Below are positions 61,630 through 64,000 of a stretch of DNA of 64,000 nucleotides, one piece after another. Under the pieces are notes generated by a model, which saw only the letters and a list, made by a program, of their open reading frames with translations, did not search any database and was not told the DNA's origin. Source of the DNA: Eledone cirrhosa (Eukaryota); assembly GCA_964016885.1 (NCBI GenBank), contig OZ024749.1, forward strand, positions 12,028,001 to 12,092,000, read 5' to 3'. The translations under genes and the position numbers were made by a program. Position 1 is the stretch's first letter; each line of letters opens with the position of its first letter.

Positions 61630-61812
61630 GTGGATTGGCAGTATCGGGAGAGGGTCGGTCGCCAAGCATAGAGTTACGGCCCTTGCCATTCTGAGTTCAA
61701 ATCCCGCTGAGGTTAACTTTGCCTTTCATCCTTACGGGGTTGATAAAATAAAGTACTAGTAATACACTGGGATAATTGCTGGCCTTGTGCCAAAAGTAGA
61801 AACAATTATTGT
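61630..61812 (+). mobile_element. tRNA-derived SINE
   Basis: A box tggcagtatcgg, B box gagttcaaatcc, body ggttaactttgcctttcatcc..gataaaataaagtac..gctggccttgtgccaaaagtagaaacaattatt. Confidence 0.85.
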
Positions 61813-62315
61813 ATTTTTAATGAAAGACTGCCAATGTTTTCCAAAAAATTTGAAAATAATCAAGATTTTGGAAGGATTCAGTAACATTTCACATTATTAG
61901 ATTAGTGTTTGGGGCCTAACTTAAAGGTTCTTACAAAAAATTATGATGGAAGGATTTTAGATAAATATAAACACTTTAAAACAAACAGCTTTGTATTATA
62001 GAACTAGAGGCAGTATGGTATCAAAAGGATTAAAACTGTTTGAATTTTTAAGAGCGTATGTAAGATTAATATATGTAAAACATATATAAAGCATTGTTAA
62101 AACAATTTAGATAAACATCAGAAAAAAATAAAGTTTAGGGATAAATCAGAATCACCAACGGTTTCCAAAATGTCAGAAATGGATATCTAAAAAAATATTT
62201 ATGAAAATGGAGATCAAAAAGAAATTTGTCATGTTAAAATGTCAAGTTAAGTCTCAGTAGATTCTGATGAAGAAATAAAAAAATTACTAAAAGGATATTT
62301 TTTATTATTATAGGG

Positions 62316-62512
62316 GTGGTGGATTGGCAGTATCGGTAGAGCGTCGGTCGCCATGCTTTGATGCATAGAGTTATGGCCCTTGTCATTCTGAGTTCAAATC
62401 CTGCCAAGGTTAACTTTGCCTTTCATCCTTATGGGGTCGATAAAATAAAGTACCAGTACATTACTGGGTAATTGCTGGCCTTGTGCCTAAAGTAGAAACA
62501 ATTATTTTTATT
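62316..62512 (+). mobile_element. tRNA-derived SINE
   Basis: Same A/B boxes and body as the 61630 copy; (ATT) tail. Confidence 0.85.
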
Positions 62513-64000
62513 ATTGTATTTCATGCCTGTATTCTTTCATCAACGGCCCCCAATATAGCCACCATTATCAATTTTCTAATATACATGATGACACTAAATG
62601 TAAATGTGATGAGGGTTAAGATGCAGTGGAGAAGTCCCCTTTCAGTTTGTAGTGGGCAGGAATCACTGATAAATGAACCAAGGGACACAGAGTAGAGAGG
62701 ACATTTTGCTCTTGTAAATGACCTGACAACATCTATTGTACTGCTGCCACAACACAATGTACCCAGCCCACACTGTAAAATGGCAGTGCTGGTGCCACAA
62801 CACAATGTACCCAGCCCACACTGTAAAGTGGCAGTATAAAGTGTAAAGTAGACTGCAGCATAGTAGTGCTCATACCAAGATAAAATGCACTCACTTCACT
62901 GTGTAACGTGGTAGTGTTGGTAACACAACACACCCAGTAAACAGTGGTTGAAATCAAGGACATACAGATAGAGAAATCATGTTAAAATATGAAACATATG
63001 AGAAAAATATTATAACACTCTGTTTTGTTGTTGACTGATAACCTGCCCAACCCATGCCAGCATAGAAAACATGTAAAGTTATTATGGCTGAGTAGTTAAA
63101 TGTAATATAATTTGATATTTAATACCATAAATGATGTAAGTACTGAGTTGTTAGAATGTTGGATAGAAAGCTTTGCAATATTCCTTCCAGCTGAGTTCAA
63201 ATCCTATTGAGATCAACTTTGTCTTTCATCTTTCCAAGGTTGATAAAGTACCAGTTCACTCTAGTCAAGTGAGTCATTTCTTTGTCTTCTCTTTCTCTCT
63301 CTCTCCTTTGGAAGAAATTAGCTGTATTCAAACCTGGAGAGAAGATAGGCTCTGCCAGGTTTAAATGCCCCTACATCTCCATCAGGAGTCACAGGTCTAT
63401 ACATCATCATCATCTTACATCTGTTTTCCCTATTAGTAAGGGTTGGACAGGTCTTCATAGACTGAGTTAGTACTGAAACAAGACTACTGACCTCCCAAAC
63501 AATTCACTTACATATCGTCCTATGTTCTACCATGTATATTTTATCATGGCACCAGCACTAGAGAGATTGTCATGTCTGACACAATTGAAAGATTCTCACA
63601 ATGCTTTGTTTAACAAGCTTTCTATAGCTGGATGTCCTTCCTATCACCAACCACTTTACAGAGTGTACTGGGTGTGTTTATTGTGCAGATTAGCACTAGG
63701 AGAGTTACCATGTCCATGGAACAACTGAAAGGGCCTCCTCATCAAAAATGAGATTAAAATCTATTGAAATAAATTCTGTATGAGGAAACATTTGTTTACT
63801 ATAGATATAATTATAACATTCTAGGATTTTATCAAAATAAATATTACGTCTCATTTAAGCCTTTCATGGTGGTAATATAATATTTGGAGGTCAAAATATA
63901 ATAGAAATATTTATCCATCTCAGTTTCTTGTCTAAAATGCAGGAAATATATTGATGACCTGAATTTATATCTGAATGTAACAAGAGAAAAGAAGAAATGT

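Noticed and set aside
62316-62410. tRNA gene (A and B boxes)
   Set aside because: Box spacing is extended, no cloverleaf is evident, and it is followed by a multi-copy SINE body and tail; the same holds at 52685 and 61630.

Overview
AT-rich, microsatellite-dense animal genomic DNA. The repeat landscape (RTE LINEs, tRNA-type SINEs, (TA)n/(CA)n) suggests an octopus/coleoid cephalopod, but this is inference. The whole window appears to lie inside one minus-strand Src-family tyrosine kinase gene (Src42A/FRK-like). Three coding exons are visible: SH2 C-terminal half 37680-37843, SH2-kinase linker and N-lobe 10256-10424, and kinase alphaC/hinge 8721-8879. They have canonical GT-AG sites and compatible phases. 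The 27-kb intron between the SH2 and kinase exons holds a ~24-kb satellite of 427 in-register 56-bp monomers, with 67-mer and 35-mer higher-order repeats. Each monomer contains the terminus plus TTAA of a piggyBac-type MITE that is also dispersed in the window. The introns also contain a near-full-length frameshifted RTE LINE with a PHD-like finger and several truncated RTE copies. Other intronic repeats are bipartite RTE-derived short elements, tRNA-derived SINEs, hAT-, Helitron- and foldback-type elements, a Penelope-like (Naiad-type) GIY-YIG fossil, and many minisatellites. A cluster of type I hammerhead ribozyme motifs lies at 50.0-58.5 kb, mostly in short segments next to (TA)n tracts; one is fully canonical. 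No prokaryotic features, no CRISPR array, no rRNA and no true tRNA gene were seen.
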